Shown here: piece by piece, positions 8,421 to 19,121 of the stretch
Numbering within the stretch: position 1 is the first letter of the stretch
Layout: each line of letters starts with the position of its first letter
From: a virus
Reading direction: 5' to 3' (one strand)
DNA: 64,000 nt
Virus record (IMG/VR): IMGVR_UViG_3300045988_077137
The notes under the pieces: model-generated
The model's database searches: none
What the model was told of the DNA's origin: nothing
The model's input: the letters and a program-made list of their open reading frames with translations, nothing else
Program-made: the position numbers and the translations under genes

Positions 8421-8463
8421 TTTAAAAACGCCCAGTCCCGGAGTCAGGTTCCGAAGACTGGGC
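8421..8463 (-). terminator. rho-independent terminator downstream of a homing endonuclease gene
   Basis: Stem gcccagtc/gactgggc (8430..8463), followed on the minus strand by TTTTT (plus-strand aaaaa at 8424..8428). Confidence 0.6.
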
Positions 8464-8474
8464 AATTTCTTGAT

Positions 8475-9266
8475 TTATTTCTTCGTATGCCTCGCTTTTA
8501 TATGTTTATTTATCATGTTCCAACAAATTAACTTTCCGCAAACAGGGCACACTTCTTTCCTTTCGACTTTCTTCCCCTTGTTCCAAGCAGCGATTCCTTT
8601 GCGGTTTTCAGAAACTTTCTTCTTCTGTTCATCAGACATCGGAACCCCTTTGTTCCATGATTCTTGTCCTTTCTTAAATTGAGTCGTTTTAATACGTTCT
8701 TTTGTTTCAATAGGAAGTTTATCCATGCCCTGTTTTGTTCTTTCAATATGTTCTAAACACTCTTCCTCAGTCATTTCTTCATATCGCTTTTTCTGAAGTT
8801 CTGACATTCGTTTTCTATTTTCAGGCTTTCTGGCTTCTTCGTGGGCACGACGGGTTCTATTAATCTTTTCTTCAGGATGTCTTTCGTACAAATCCTTCAT
8901 CATTTCTTTCATGAGGTTTCTAATAACCTTAGATTTATGTACCCCAGCAACACCATCGCCACCTTCCGTTAAATTATACCCATTTAAATAGGTATCGAAA
9001 TGAGAAATCCAAAACCGTTCTCGATTAAAAAGCCATTTAGCCAGTCTATCCCGATTTGAATACTGTTTACTTTCTAAAACTTCTATTTTAAAAGCATCTT
9101 CACCATATTTATAAATATCTTCATGAAGACCAGTTCCTTTCGTTTTAGACTGTGCTAAATGCTTTTTCCATCTATTCAGATACCCTCTAATAGTTATTCC
9201 AACATATTGTTTCCCTGTAATTAAACAGGTTATAAGATAAACTTCTCCTAAAACTTTTTCTTTCAT
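8475..9266 (-). CDS. GIY-YIG homing endonuclease with NUMOD3-like repeats
   Basis: N-terminus VYLITCLITGKQYVGIT...R...H (GIY-x10-YIG). The C-terminus has K/R-rich repeats (GVPMSDEQKKKVSENRKG). Confidence 0.85.
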   Translation of the reverse strand: MKEKVLGEVYLITCLITGKQYVGITIRGYLNRWKKHLAQSKTKGTGLHEDIYKYGEDAFKIEVLESKQYSNRDRLAKWLFNRERFWISHFDTYLNGYNLTEGGDGVAGVHKSKVIRNLMKEMMKDLYERHPEEKINRTRRAHEEARKPENRKRMSELQKKRYEEMTEEECLEHIERTKQGMDKLPIETKERIKTTQFKKGQESWNKGVPMSDEQKKKVSENRKGIAAWNKGKKVERKEVCPVCGKLICWNMINKHIKARHTKK

Positions 9267-9306
9267 ATTCGCACCATTTTAATTGATGGATACAAATATA
9301 ACGTAT

Positions 9307-11655
9307 TTACTTTTTCAATCCTCTCATCTCCTCCAAGGAACACGTACCTCCGGCACAGGCTGTCGCAATTTCACTGCCAGCCTGTTTAAGCGGTTCTTCC
9401 CATACGATGTTGTCGTAGGAAACAGGCTTCATTCGACAGATGGCTTGCCACTTGTGGTATGCGTTTACGTGCTTCAAACAGTACGATGTCTTCTGACGGT
9501 CGCTTTCCATATACTTGTCGGCAAATGAATTGAAGCGACGCACCCAATCCAACCGTCTTTCAACACGTCGTTTCAGGTAGTCAATGACACAGTTCACGTC
9601 TGAGAAACAGATACCGTCAATGTCAACAAGGAAACGTCCGTCCTTAATATTCTCAACAACGAAGTCGGCTATCTGTTTGTCGTTGATTGTAAGCAACTGT
9701 GGAGCCAACCCCATCGCTGCGTTACAGGCTTCCCAAACATCTTTGAACACGTCATTCGCATCAACGATAAGACCGCTCGACAGAATTGCTCCTGCTCCGT
9801 AGCGTTCCGCCAACTCAACCTCGTCAAGAACTTCGGTGTACGGTGCTTGAGGATAGTCCAAATCACCGAATGATGATAACAGGCTGATACCACCAAACTG
9901 GTCACGATGTTCCCACAGGAACTCCCGTACTTCATCCCATTCATCTGGGCGAACTGTACAGGTATTTGACACGTTCATTCGAAGTTTCGGATTGTCAAGT
10001 GTAGAAGGATGAGTCAGGTTCGTACCGTACTCAATCCAGTTCTGTTTCGTTAAGAGAACATATTTCAGGAATTCGATTGCTGTCAGGTTCTGTTTCAACA
10101 ACGCTCCTTCGGGAAGTGTAACAGGGAAGGCGATAACCTTTTCACGGTCAGGAGCCCAAACGCTCGCTTCTACCATATCCGGATTGACACGTTCCCACTC
10201 TTGAACAGCCTGTTCAGTATCCGCAGCCTGAATGTGACGAATGTAGTGACGAGCGTGTCCGGCAGTTATTCCTGACAAGGTTCCAAGGAGTTGTGAACTG
10301 TTCCCAGACGGCTTCACAACTGTACACCGTGCAGCCTCGTTGATACCTATCATTCGTGCAATCTTCTTGTTGGTCTCTACAACGATTTGAGCACCACGCT
10401 TCTGTACTTCTGGGTCGAACAGGATAGCAGGGTTCTCACAGAGACCCGTAATGCCCACACCAATAAGAGCGTCCCGCTCCGCTATCAACTGTGACCATTT
10501 CTCAAGCACACGGAAATTCGTGTAACCAGCCTGCAACGTACAGATAGTAGAGGCTGCTTCACAGGCAGCATAGAAATCCTCAACTGTCTTTACCTTACCA
10601 CCATTGATTTCCGCAAGATTACAGAATCCCCAACCCGTATGATAATCACCGTTCTCGTCTTTGATTTGCGGGAACATACCTACCTCTCCACAGGGGTTGA
10701 ATACAAACCACGGAGAGTCGATGAATACAAATCCTGGCTCCCCATACAACTTGGTATTCTCGTAAATACTGTCAAACACTTCCTTCGGTGTATCAGGTAG
10801 GATGGCTGCTGAATTGTTACTCCGGCACAGTTCCGGCATCGTTGCTATCCAGTTACCTGTTTTGCACGCAGCCATTTCAGCATCGTCAGCGTCAAAGATA
10901 CTTATCATCGCTGAACGACGCACACCCCCTGTCACCACGCTGTTCGCACAGATACAGATTAGATAGTGGAGTTCAAACGGTCTCAATTTCCGTCCTTTGA
11001 TACGGGTAATGATGTGGTGACACTTCTCTATCGCCTGACGCAACGGTTCGGGTCCAGGAGCCTTAAATCCCCCTCTGATGTATGCACCTTTCGGGCGGAT
11101 TGCTGAATAGTCAAACTCGATGTCCGCACCACCATAATAGTAAGCGGTCATCATCTTACCAACAGCCTCTGCCCATCCCTCAATCGTATCAGGTATCACG
11201 AATTTCTCAGCCTGTTTTGAATTATCAAATCCTTTGGGTACAGGAAGTCTATCCGTGTGAACGTGCTGAACGCTGTAACCTGTCCCAGCACCACAGAGTA
11301 ACAGATACATGATTTCCTCGAATACCCGTACACGGTCAACGTAGGTAGAAGAACAGTTATAGAAGCGAGCGTGCTTCTCTAACATCAATTCTCCACCATA
11401 CTGTAACGCACGCTGGGCTCCCAATACACGTTGCTCGGAATACAGGCTGTATGCGTGAGCAAACATCTTACTGAACTCAGCCTCGTCTTCAGGCTTCACC
11501 ATACCGGAATAGCGTTTCAAGTGCATATCCATTACTCTGTTCACGGCTTCCTGCCATGTTTCCTTTTTCCCATCATGGGTTTGGGAATACTTGCTCAAAA
11601 ACACGTACTCCCCGACCACTGGTCGACTGTCCTTTTCAATCATGTTTCTCTTCAA
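9307..11655 (-). CDS. nrdJ: class II (adenosylcobalamin-type) ribonucleotide reductase
   Basis: 782-aa single-chain RNR with the active-site loop FNPCGEV and a C-terminal Cys pair CAGGTC. No separate beta-subunit gene is nearby. Confidence 0.8.
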   Translation of the reverse strand: MKRNMIEKDSRPVVGEYVFLSKYSQTHDGKKETWQEAVNRVMDMHLKRYSGMVKPEDEAEFSKMFAHAYSLYSEQRVLGAQRALQYGGELMLEKHARFYNCSSTYVDRVRVFEEIMYLLLCGAGTGYSVQHVHTDRLPVPKGFDNSKQAEKFVIPDTIEGWAEAVGKMMTAYYYGGADIEFDYSAIRPKGAYIRGGFKAPGPEPLRQAIEKCHHIITRIKGRKLRPFELHYLICICANSVVTGGVRRSAMISIFDADDAEMAACKTGNWIATMPELCRSNNSAAILPDTPKEVFDSIYENTKLYGEPGFVFIDSPWFVFNPCGEVGMFPQIKDENGDYHTGWGFCNLAEINGGKVKTVEDFYAACEAASTICTLQAGYTNFRVLEKWSQLIAERDALIGVGITGLCENPAILFDPEVQKRGAQIVVETNKKIARMIGINEAARCTVVKPSGNSSQLLGTLSGITAGHARHYIRHIQAADTEQAVQEWERVNPDMVEASVWAPDREKVIAFPVTLPEGALLKQNLTAIEFLKYVLLTKQNWIEYGTNLTHPSTLDNPKLRMNVSNTCTVRPDEWDEVREFLWEHRDQFGGISLLSSFGDLDYPQAPYTEVLDEVELAERYGAGAILSSGLIVDANDVFKDVWEACNAAMGLAPQLLTINDKQIADFVVENIKDGRFLVDIDGICFSDVNCVIDYLKRRVERRLDWVRRFNSFADKYMESDRQKTSYCLKHVNAYHKWQAICRMKPVSYDNIVWEEPLKQAGSEIATACAGGTCSLEEMRGLKK

Positions 11656-12085
11656 TTTTCTTGGTTCTCTTTTTACGAACTGTTTTGGGCTTCGGTGCGG
11701 GTTCTTCCTTGCGTTCTGCTATAATGCAGCACGGCATCGACGAACCCAGCGTCAAAGCGAGCACGTCAGGGGTTCCCAACGCTTTGTCTTTCGCTCTGGC
11801 TTCCGAAACAATAGACGCAAATATACTACTTTCTACTTCAAGATACAAGGGTTGAGGTCGGTACGTGTTCTCATTCCCGGATTCCTGCTTCGCCATTTCA
11901 ATGCGAACCCGTTCAGCCTGAAAATGAGTTTCAAGAATTTCTTTCGTAGGTAGAAATCCTGCGAAAGCCTTAATCTTCTTGCACGCCAACAGGCAGACTT
12001 TCACTGACTGTTTACCACCCTCGTACACTTGATGAGGAACCATCAGATACAGGTCGATTGGGGTCTGTTTCTTTACTTCTTCCAT
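11636..12085 (-). CDS. hypothetical protein
   Basis: 149-aa ORF with a basic C-terminal tail. It overlaps the RNR start by 20 nt. Confidence 0.45.
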   Translation of the reverse strand: MEEVKKQTPIDLYLMVPHQVYEGGKQSVKVCLLACKKIKAFAGFLPTKEILETHFQAERVRIEMAKQESGNENTYRPQPLYLEVESSIFASIVSEARAKDKALGTPDVLALTLGSSMPCCIIAERKEEPAPKPKTVRKKRTKKIEEKHD

Positions 12086-12097
12086 AATTCAAATTAT

Positions 12098-13552
12098 TTA
12101 ACAATATATTAAACTCTTTCTCGCACGTGTTATAGCCACGAATTGGAGACACTTTTCAGCATATAAAGCCAGTTCAGTTGTCGCATACTTACTTGGTAGG
12201 AGTTCCGGCTGAAGAAAGAATATTCTGTCCGCTTCCAGTCCCTTACTTTTGTGAATTGTCGACAGCGTGATACCACGACTGGCGTTCTCTACAAATATAT
12301 CGTAAATCCGGGAGCGCACGGTTTCCAAATCACCGAAATATTCGTACAGGCTCAACAAAACATTCACTTTCTCATTCAACTTGTCGTATGCCTCACACTT
12401 GGTTGGACTCTTAACTCCCTTCTTCTGCAACTTGCTTATCATGTTCTCAAGAACCTGTTCAAGTCCCCATACGTCCTCGACGCTGTCTATGAGCGATACA
12501 AGTTCATCACCGAATTCCTTCCCAAGAATTGTACACTTCTTCCCCTGTCGTAACAGGGTGATGAAAGCGTCAACCAACGGAGCGTTATTCCGACACAGAA
12601 TAAAGTCGCCTTCCTGAGCGTCCTTAAATGTACCGTCCCCAACGAACCCTTTAACCGCTCCAGGAGCAGCCACTATACCATCGGGGAACACTTTACAGGC
12701 TTCGGCAACTATATCCTGAGCGCAACGATATGTCATTGACAAAGGCAGCGTCACTGTATTAGGAGCGTTCTTGATAGCCTGTAACGAGTCAAGATTACTC
12801 CCCATGAATGAATAGATTGATTGCTTTTCATCCCCTACTGCTATCAGGCGACCTCGTGGGGTCTTGCACATCTTCACGACCTCAAACTGTAATGGGCTGA
12901 TATCCTGACACTCGTCAAGCATAACGACATTGTACTGTTTGAAGTCATCCCGATGAACGTATTGAGTCGCATAGTATAACATATCAGTGAAGTCCATAGG
13001 TAGTTTTCCCGACCCACCTTTTAGGAAGTAATTATCAGCAATCTTTTTATTGAGCATACGGAGTTCTATTGCTCTCTTAGCGAGATTTTCGTCAGCCTCC
13101 TCACCGTACCTCTCCCCCAGTGATATTATTGCCTCTACATCGTCTTGTACGAGGTTGAAGCGCATGAGGTCGTAGAGCCTGCATATCTTCATTATCATTC
13201 CCGGAATACGCTTCGAGTGAACCCCTTTGAAGTTCATCTTCTCTTTTGCCAGATTGAAGTTCTTTGAATCCGACAGTGCAAAATTCAGGCTGAACGCTTT
13301 ACACAGACTTGACAACGCACACGAATGTAGGGTGGAAGCCTTTACGGTTCTTGGGAGTCGCTGACCCAACTCCTCTGCGATTGACTTATTGAACGCCAAG
13401 AATATTGAACTCTTTATAGGAGGAGTTATCTCCGCTAACTTACAGAGAGTAAATGTCTTTCCACTCCCTGCCGTTGCACTGACAAAAATGTTCCTGTTCG
13501 TACTTTGGTATTCGTCAACTATCGCTTGTTTATACTCATCTAATTTCGCCAT
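12098..13552 (-). CDS. UvrD/PcrA-like superfamily 1 DNA helicase
   Basis: Walker A ATAGSGKTFTL, motif II VMLDECQD, and C-terminal TIHKSKGLEADRIF and VAITRARKSL. Confidence 0.85.
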   Translation of the reverse strand: MAKLDEYKQAIVDEYQSTNRNIFVSATAGSGKTFTLCKLAEITPPIKSSIFLAFNKSIAEELGQRLPRTVKASTLHSCALSSLCKAFSLNFALSDSKNFNLAKEKMNFKGVHSKRIPGMIMKICRLYDLMRFNLVQDDVEAIISLGERYGEEADENLAKRAIELRMLNKKIADNYFLKGGSGKLPMDFTDMLYYATQYVHRDDFKQYNVVMLDECQDISPLQFEVVKMCKTPRGRLIAVGDEKQSIYSFMGSNLDSLQAIKNAPNTVTLPLSMTYRCAQDIVAEACKVFPDGIVAAPGAVKGFVGDGTFKDAQEGDFILCRNNAPLVDAFITLLRQGKKCTILGKEFGDELVSLIDSVEDVWGLEQVLENMISKLQKKGVKSPTKCEAYDKLNEKVNVLLSLYEYFGDLETVRSRIYDIFVENASRGITLSTIHKSKGLEADRIFFLQPELLPSKYATTELALYAEKCLQFVAITRARKSLIYC

Positions 13553-13555
13553 ATA

Positions 13556-14269
13556 CTAAATCTTTTCTACTTTATAATCGATGTCCAATTGCCCATTATA
13601 ATACGGCTCAAACAGGTATGTTCCATTAACCCGTTCAAACAACTCCTCTTCATTTGCGTAGAAGCAATCGCCTATAATGTTCACGTCTCCACCCACTTGG
13701 TTCAACTCCTCAAATTTTTCAGTCTTTTCCGGAAACACACAGTCAGAACCATCATGATGAAACCAACTGAACCCCTCAAGCGGTCTATCCTGAACGTAAC
13801 TGTCTTGCGTCTTATAATTCGCCAGAGCGTCCGCACAGGCATTACCGTAAACCAACGGGTCGGACAGGTCTTTCCCGTGTCCATTGATGTGTGATATACC
13901 GAACACCATCTTTCGACGGCTTTCAATTTCTTTCAGGATTTCTTTCCAAAGTTCAGGATTTTTAACTCCCCACCACCCGTTGGCTCGCCATTGTGAAAGT
14001 AGGGACTTCTTGAAAGCATTCACCACGAACTCGCTGTCGGCTACGACATGAACCTTTGTATAGACGTCTGGGTCTATCATCTGTATCGCTGCCAGCAACG
14101 CTTTCATCTCCATACGGGAGGTCGTCGTGTTCCAGAAGCCTCTTCTCAGGTGTATCTCCTGATTTCCATAAGGAATGTACACCCCGAACCCACCTAATTT
14201 TCGGTCGCTCTTTGCGTTACAACTTCCGTCGGTGAATATTGTTATGTTAATCCTCTCTTTTGGAACCAT
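13556..14269 (-). CDS. rnhA: RNase HI-family ribonuclease H with a C-terminal extension
   Basis: DEDD-type pattern: FTDGSC, E in RMEMKALLAA, VVADSEFV, GNACADALAN. The first ATG is at 14269, while the track start at 14278 is a TTG. Confidence 0.8.
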   Translation of the reverse strand: MVPKERINITIFTDGSCNAKSDRKLGGFGVYIPYGNQEIHLRRGFWNTTTSRMEMKALLAAIQMIDPDVYTKVHVVADSEFVVNAFKKSLLSQWRANGWWGVKNPELWKEILKEIESRRKMVFGISHINGHGKDLSDPLVYGNACADALANYKTQDSYVQDRPLEGFSWFHHDGSDCVFPEKTEKFEELNQVGGDVNIIGDCFYANEEELFERVNGTYLFEPYYNGQLDIDYKVEKI

Positions 14270-14270
14270 A

Positions 14271-14441
14271 TCACTCAACCTTTCTTATCTTTAAGCCGTG
14301 TATGGTTTGCCACCCCTGTAACCGGAGAACATCCTCAACTTTGTCTTCACTGACAGCCATAACGAATTCTGCCTGTTTCTTGATTTGTCCTTTACGTTCT
14401 TTCGTACCGAAGAACTTTGCTTTGAATTGAATTTTGTCCAT
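14271..14441 (-). CDS. 56-aa hypothetical protein (below the ORF-track cutoff)
   Basis: Hand translation: MDKIQFKAKFFGTKERKGQIKKQAEFVMAVSEDKVEDVLRLQGWQTIHGLKIRKVE*. It fills the gap between the SNF2 and RNase H genes, and its stop sits next to the RNase H start. Confidence 0.4.
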   Translation of the reverse strand: MDKIQFKAKFFGTKERKGQIKKQAEFVMAVSEDKVEDVLRLQGWQTIHGLKIRKVE

Positions 14442-14498
14442 TGTTATCACTAAATTATTTGATAATTACATAACGGCTCCCGATGGCTCGAGTTTCCG

Positions 14499-16157
14499 TC
14501 ATTTCAGATGTTTCTGTAAGAATTTCCTTGCCAACAGTTCGTTCTCGCTTTGCCCCCTGTTCACCACCCCTGTTATAAGGCTCTTATCCTTAACAGTTTC
14601 TCTCATTTCAACGTCTATCGTGTCGGGTGATAATAGGTAGGTGATATTTATACTATTCTTTTGTCCCATTCGCTCAAGACGACTGTTCGTTTGTTCCAGG
14701 TCGGTTGACTTATCAGGCAGTTCAATATAGAATAGATTCGAGCAGTTGTCCTGAAGACCGTCTGTCCCTGTACCAGCCGACTGAATGTTCGCAAAGAGTA
14801 ACCGATGTTTCCTCTGGGAAAACTCGTTCACGATTTGTTGCTTCTTATCAGCCGAGACTCCACCCTGTATTATCGGAGCCTTAAAGTATTTCGCCAGTTC
14901 CTGGAGCGGTTCACGGTGCACACCGAAGACCACCAACTGTTCGTCTTCATTCGCCTCTAACCAATCCTTGATGTATGATTGCATGAACGGCAACTTCCCT
15001 TTCACCGACAGGGATTTCAACGTGTTAATCATTACAAGGTGAGGAGCGTTCACGGCATTGTTTGCCTTCTCGATATCTATCTTCTCGAGATACGCTAACA
15101 GGTCTGACTCGGCTCGCCTGTACTCTTTGAGGTTCACAATAGGAACGTCAACTGTTTGCTCTACCAGCGGTGGGAGTTCCTCAAGAACGTCCCTCTTATT
15201 CCGTCGTATGTAACCGCCCATTCGTAACAGTTCATGAAGTTCCTCGAGGTTACTGAACCCACTGTCGTCGAACCCGTATGCGGTTTGCTTCCCGTTGCAG
15301 TATCGAAACTTGAACTCCAGCGTATCACCGAAGATGTCATCGAACCGTCTAATTATCTTGAACGGCTGTATAAGGTCGGCTGGCTTATTCTGAGTCAGCG
15401 TACCTGTCAATCCCCATACGTGTTCTATTCGCTTGGTTATCTTCTTCGCCATCTTTGTGCGAAGAGCCTTTTCCGACTTCAAGAAGTGTATCTCGTCCAA
15501 GGCACAGGCTCCCCAATACTTCTTGAGTAGTTCCTTGAACTTCGCTGTCGGCTTCTCCATGTTACGTTCCCCAAGCACATCGTAATTGATAATCACGACA
15601 TCGCTATCCCATACGGCAGGGTCGAACTTTCGTTTCCTTTCGATTACACCTACTTTTCGGTCAGGCATCCACTTCGCCCATTCCTTCTTCCAATTGTACT
15701 TCACGGACGCTGGGGTAACTATCAGAGCCGGAAACGCTCCGAGTAGTTCAATGATGATAATCGTCTGGGCTGTCTTACCCAACCCACAGTCATCTCCATT
15801 GATACAGTTCCCGTGATTAATCATATAGGCAACCCCCTCGCACTGATAAGGACGGGGAATTCGCTTCATTCCTATCTCTTTACAGGCTTGCTCAACTTCC
15901 TCGACTGTTATCACCTCTTCGGGTTCCTCATAATCAATCACACGACGAGAGGGAACGTAGTTCATTCCCTCCTTGAATCCGTTCTCCTCAAGCCACTTCT
16001 TCAACGGATTCACCGTGACAAGTGAAAACGGAATGTACCACTCCCTGTTTTGGGGATTGTATCCCGCACCAGCGAACTTCTTTACGGAAGTCACCAGCGA
16101 AGCATCGTAGGAAAAGCCAATGTACCACCAATCATGGTCTCTATACCAATATCTCAT
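14499..16157 (-). CDS. SNF2-family ATPase/helicase, possibly with a HARP-like N-terminal domain
   Basis: Motif I DDCGLGKTAQT and motif II ALDEIHFLK, with helicase C-terminal motifs. The N-terminus WWYIGFSYDASLVTSVKKFAGAGYNPQNREWYIP resembles annealing-helicase HARP repeats. The first ATG (MRYWY) is at 16157. Confidence 0.82.
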   Translation of the reverse strand: MRYWYRDHDWWYIGFSYDASLVTSVKKFAGAGYNPQNREWYIPFSLVTVNPLKKWLEENGFKEGMNYVPSRRVIDYEEPEEVITVEEVEQACKEIGMKRIPRPYQCEGVAYMINHGNCINGDDCGLGKTAQTIIIIELLGAFPALIVTPASVKYNWKKEWAKWMPDRKVGVIERKRKFDPAVWDSDVVIINYDVLGERNMEKPTAKFKELLKKYWGACALDEIHFLKSEKALRTKMAKKITKRIEHVWGLTGTLTQNKPADLIQPFKIIRRFDDIFGDTLEFKFRYCNGKQTAYGFDDSGFSNLEELHELLRMGGYIRRNKRDVLEELPPLVEQTVDVPIVNLKEYRRAESDLLAYLEKIDIEKANNAVNAPHLVMINTLKSLSVKGKLPFMQSYIKDWLEANEDEQLVVFGVHREPLQELAKYFKAPIIQGGVSADKKQQIVNEFSQRKHRLLFANIQSAGTGTDGLQDNCSNLFYIELPDKSTDLEQTNSRLERMGQKNSINITYLLSPDTIDVEMRETVKDKSLITGVVNRGQSENELLARKFLQKHLK

Positions 16158-16899
16158 AACGATTCCTCCTTTTCGCTTCAGACATTTTCTTTCTTGTTTC
16201 CTCGGAATGTTTCTTTCCAAAGAAATGATTTTTCTCTCCTTTATGTGATTCTGAAAGTTTCTTTTTCCATTCATCTGAAAACTCTTTCCGCTTCACCCCT
16301 TTCTTAGATTCACTAATTTTTCTACGATGTTCTTTCGAAAGAGTTTCCCCACGAAATGCTCCAATATGACCAGAATTTGCTTTAGAAATCTTTTGTTTAG
16401 CTTCTTCTGAAAGATGTTTACCTTTCATTGAAGGAAGCCTTCCTTTATTTGATTCGGATATTTTTCTCCTTGATTCTTCAGAATGTTTGTGTCCCCAATA
16501 TTTAGCAAAGTGAATCTTTGCAGCCTCCCTTGCTTTTGCACGACGTTCTTCTGTCCATACAGTTCCAACCGCTCCATCCCCACCATCCGTTGAATTGTAT
16601 CCAAATTCTTTAGTTTGAAGCCTTTTAATTAGACGCTCCTCAATGTAACAAAGTTTTGCTTTCAGAGCCTGTCTATTGGGTGCCGATACCTGAATAATTT
16701 CCTCAATCGTAAAGTTCTCAACACCGTACTTCCTCATGGCTGAATAAAGCCTGTAAGGAACTCCACGTTTCGCAGCCTGTTTATGTTCTTTGAATCGTTT
16801 CTCAATCGACTTCACTGTCTGACCAATGTAAAGTTTCCCATTAGCCAGACAGCATATGCAATAAATATGTCCTATTCCATCACAATATCTCATTTTCAA
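16141..16899 (-). CDS. GIY-YIG homing endonuclease with multiple NUMOD3 repeats
   Basis: IYCICCLANGKLYIGQT...R...H, then at least five repeats of the type GKKHSEETRKKMSEA. Confidence 0.85.
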   Translation of the reverse strand: MKMRYCDGIGHIYCICCLANGKLYIGQTVKSIEKRFKEHKQAAKRGVPYRLYSAMRKYGVENFTIEEIIQVSAPNRQALKAKLCYIEERLIKRLQTKEFGYNSTDGGDGAVGTVWTEERRAKAREAAKIHFAKYWGHKHSEESRRKISESNKGRLPSMKGKHLSEEAKQKISKANSGHIGAFRGETLSKEHRRKISESKKGVKRKEFSDEWKKKLSESHKGEKNHFFGKKHSEETRKKMSEAKRRNRYEILV

Positions 16900-18850
16900 A
16901 ATCTTCTCTCGTTACGATACGAAGTCCTCTTTGTTTAGCGGTCTTCATCTTAGAAGAAGTTGAGTTGATGTCGGCTACCACAAGAACTGTGCATTCTTTG
17001 GTCACACCGTTCAACACCACGTGTCCCCGAGCCTGAAGAGCCTTTTCGAGTTCTTTATTCCGGAACCCTGTCATGCAGACAAACATTTGTTCAACTCCGT
17101 CAGGAGTCTCAACCTTTGGCGACTGTACATAAGTAATAACGACTCTTCTGTCTTTTCCCCTCGAAAGATACGTTTTTAGACCTTTTACGAACGTCAAAGC
17201 AAGCACCTCACCTATTCCCGGAATAAGTTCACATTCGTGCTTTAGAGTGACCGCAGACTCCGCAGTGAGCGCATAACTATTTGGGTCACGCAGCCTCTCA
17301 ACCGTTTCCCCGTTCAAACCGTCTAAGATTTTCTGACAGGTCGCCTCAGCAATCTTTCCGTCAAATACATTTATGGCTGTTAGGTAACGAGCCAACGGTA
17401 CTCCGGCAAGAACCTTTTCAATCTGACTTGAAACGGTCTTCCCCTTTGACTTCCCTAACAGGTTCTGGAACTCCGCAACGTGTGACTCAAGAATTGTGTC
17501 TATCGTCTTATAGCCGTGTCCATACAAACGACGTATCGTAGGCTCTTCAAACTGTTCGCAACCCATCGTGCGGAAGAAATACACCATACCAGAGATTACT
17601 CTTTCCTTGCACGACTCATTTGAGCATACAAGGTCAACGTGCGTTTCGTTCCATTTAAGCGGTTCACCACAGGACGGACAGATAACAAGGTCATCCATCA
17701 TATCGGTGTACGCATTCTCGTTGTACTCAATCGTCTTCAAGTGTTTAGGGATAACGTCTCCTCCACGTGTTACTTCGATGAACGCTCCCTCACAGATATG
17801 CTGGTCAATCAGGTAGGCTGCATTATACGCTGTGGCTCGGGATACGGTTGCTCCGTTAATCTCAACGGGTTCGATGATGATTACAGGGTTCAGAACACCT
17901 GTCTTCCCTATTCCCTTTTCTATACTGATAACCTTTGTCTGGTACACGTCACACCACTCTTCCTTCTTGAACGCAATAGCATAGGCGGGATTTCCGTTAG
18001 GAAGCCGTCCCAGTTGTTCACGGACGCTTTCTTCATCGACTTCTATCACCACGCCATCAATCTTGTATTCAGCATCAAACCTGTCATGAAGTTCCTCATC
18101 AAGCAACAGGTTCATTTCCTCATCGTCGAGTTCCATTATCTCTTCAATCAAGAAACTGACATACGGAGTAACATTATGGAACGTTCTTTTCAATTCTTCG
18201 AGAACGCTTGACTTGTCGCCTGTAAGGTCAGAGCCATAACGCACGAAGTCCACGTTTGCCATGAAGCGGTTGTTCCAGCCGTCCGGAGAGTTGAATATTC
18301 CGGCAACCATATTACGAGCGTTCTTATAGGCGAAGTCGGCTTGGTTGTCCTTGAGGTGGGCAAAGGTCTTCTTCTTCATGATAGCCTCGCCCCACGTGTG
18401 CATAAGGTGTGGTTCCGGATGCTCGCCCTCGCCATTGAACATACGGTCGAAGTGTTTCGTTGACAACTGCCCTTCTACACCATCACCACGAGTCCACGCT
18501 CTCTTATCGTCTTCATCAACGACAAGGCTTATTCCGTCAAATTTAGGAGTGGCGACAATCTCCTTACAACCTGCAGCAAACATCTTCTGTAACCATTTGC
18601 GGAAGTCCTTGATTGTCTTGATTTTTTCGAGGCTGTACATAGGGACAGGCAACGGCTCCATACGGTCGGTGGCTTCCTCTACGATACCTTTCTTGAAGAA
18701 CTCGTCCTCCGGACTGTTTACTCTCAGAGTTTCAACCATATGGTCGTAATCAACATCTGATATTTGAGGATTGCCCTCACGATAAGCCTTATTGAGAGCC
18801 ACCAACTCGGCTCTCAGGCTGTTAATCTTTTCTTGACTTAATTTTGCCAT
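16880..18850 (-). CDS. ligA: NAD-dependent DNA ligase (LigA type)
   Basis: Adenylation motif EYKIDGVVIEV, Zn finger CPSCGEPL...C..C, HhH region and a C-terminal BRCT-like segment (FVCMTGF). 656 aa. Confidence 0.9.
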   Translation of the reverse strand: MAKLSQEKINSLRAELVALNKAYREGNPQISDVDYDHMVETLRVNSPEDEFFKKGIVEEATDRMEPLPVPMYSLEKIKTIKDFRKWLQKMFAAGCKEIVATPKFDGISLVVDEDDKRAWTRGDGVEGQLSTKHFDRMFNGEGEHPEPHLMHTWGEAIMKKKTFAHLKDNQADFAYKNARNMVAGIFNSPDGWNNRFMANVDFVRYGSDLTGDKSSVLEELKRTFHNVTPYVSFLIEEIMELDDEEMNLLLDEELHDRFDAEYKIDGVVIEVDEESVREQLGRLPNGNPAYAIAFKKEEWCDVYQTKVISIEKGIGKTGVLNPVIIIEPVEINGATVSRATAYNAAYLIDQHICEGAFIEVTRGGDVIPKHLKTIEYNENAYTDMMDDLVICPSCGEPLKWNETHVDLVCSNESCKERVISGMVYFFRTMGCEQFEEPTIRRLYGHGYKTIDTILESHVAEFQNLLGKSKGKTVSSQIEKVLAGVPLARYLTAINVFDGKIAEATCQKILDGLNGETVERLRDPNSYALTAESAVTLKHECELIPGIGEVLALTFVKGLKTYLSRGKDRRVVITYVQSPKVETPDGVEQMFVCMTGFRNKELEKALQARGHVVLNGVTKECTVLVVADINSTSSKMKTAKQRGLRIVTREDFENEIL

Positions 18851-18857
18851 AACGAAA

Positions 18858-19097
18858 TTATTTATTTTTGGTGCAATTCGTAATTGTGGTGACTGTACGA
18901 TTCCCCGATTTAAATGTGGAAACCATATACAGAAGATTTTCTTCTTCCTCGTCCCATACCCAATACAATGATGAATGATTGTTATACTTCATCAAATCTC
19001 TACCAGTTCTTCTCGCGATACGAGCAGCCTCTCTTGCTGATGTTGTTTCAACTGTGAAAGTATCACCTCCGTTGTATTGAATATTGAACTTTTTCAT
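18858..19097 (-). CDS. hypothetical protein
   Basis: 79-aa ORF, the first gene downstream of a strong promoter. Confidence 0.45.
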   Translation of the reverse strand: MKKFNIQYNGGDTFTVETTSAREAARIARRTGRDLMKYNNHSSLYWVWDEEEENLLYMVSTFKSGNRTVTTITNCTKNK

Positions 19098-19121
19098 AAC
19101 CTTTGATTTTTAATGACACTA

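Noticed and set aside
16141-16899. Apparent periodicity in homing endonuclease genes as a DNA tandem repeat array
   Set aside because: The periodicity is at the protein level (NUMOD3 modules of about 16-20 aa). The nucleotide sequences have diverged, so this is not a tandem DNA repeat or minisatellite.
17639-18211. Long plus-strand ORFs lying antisense to large minus-strand genes, for example 17639..18211, 37514..37975, 59692..60210 and 27061..27525
   Set aside because: They are shadow ORFs inside well-supported genes (ligase, the aGPT-like gene, structural genes, recA). They have low-complexity or Ser/Leu/Phe-rich translations and no independent signals.
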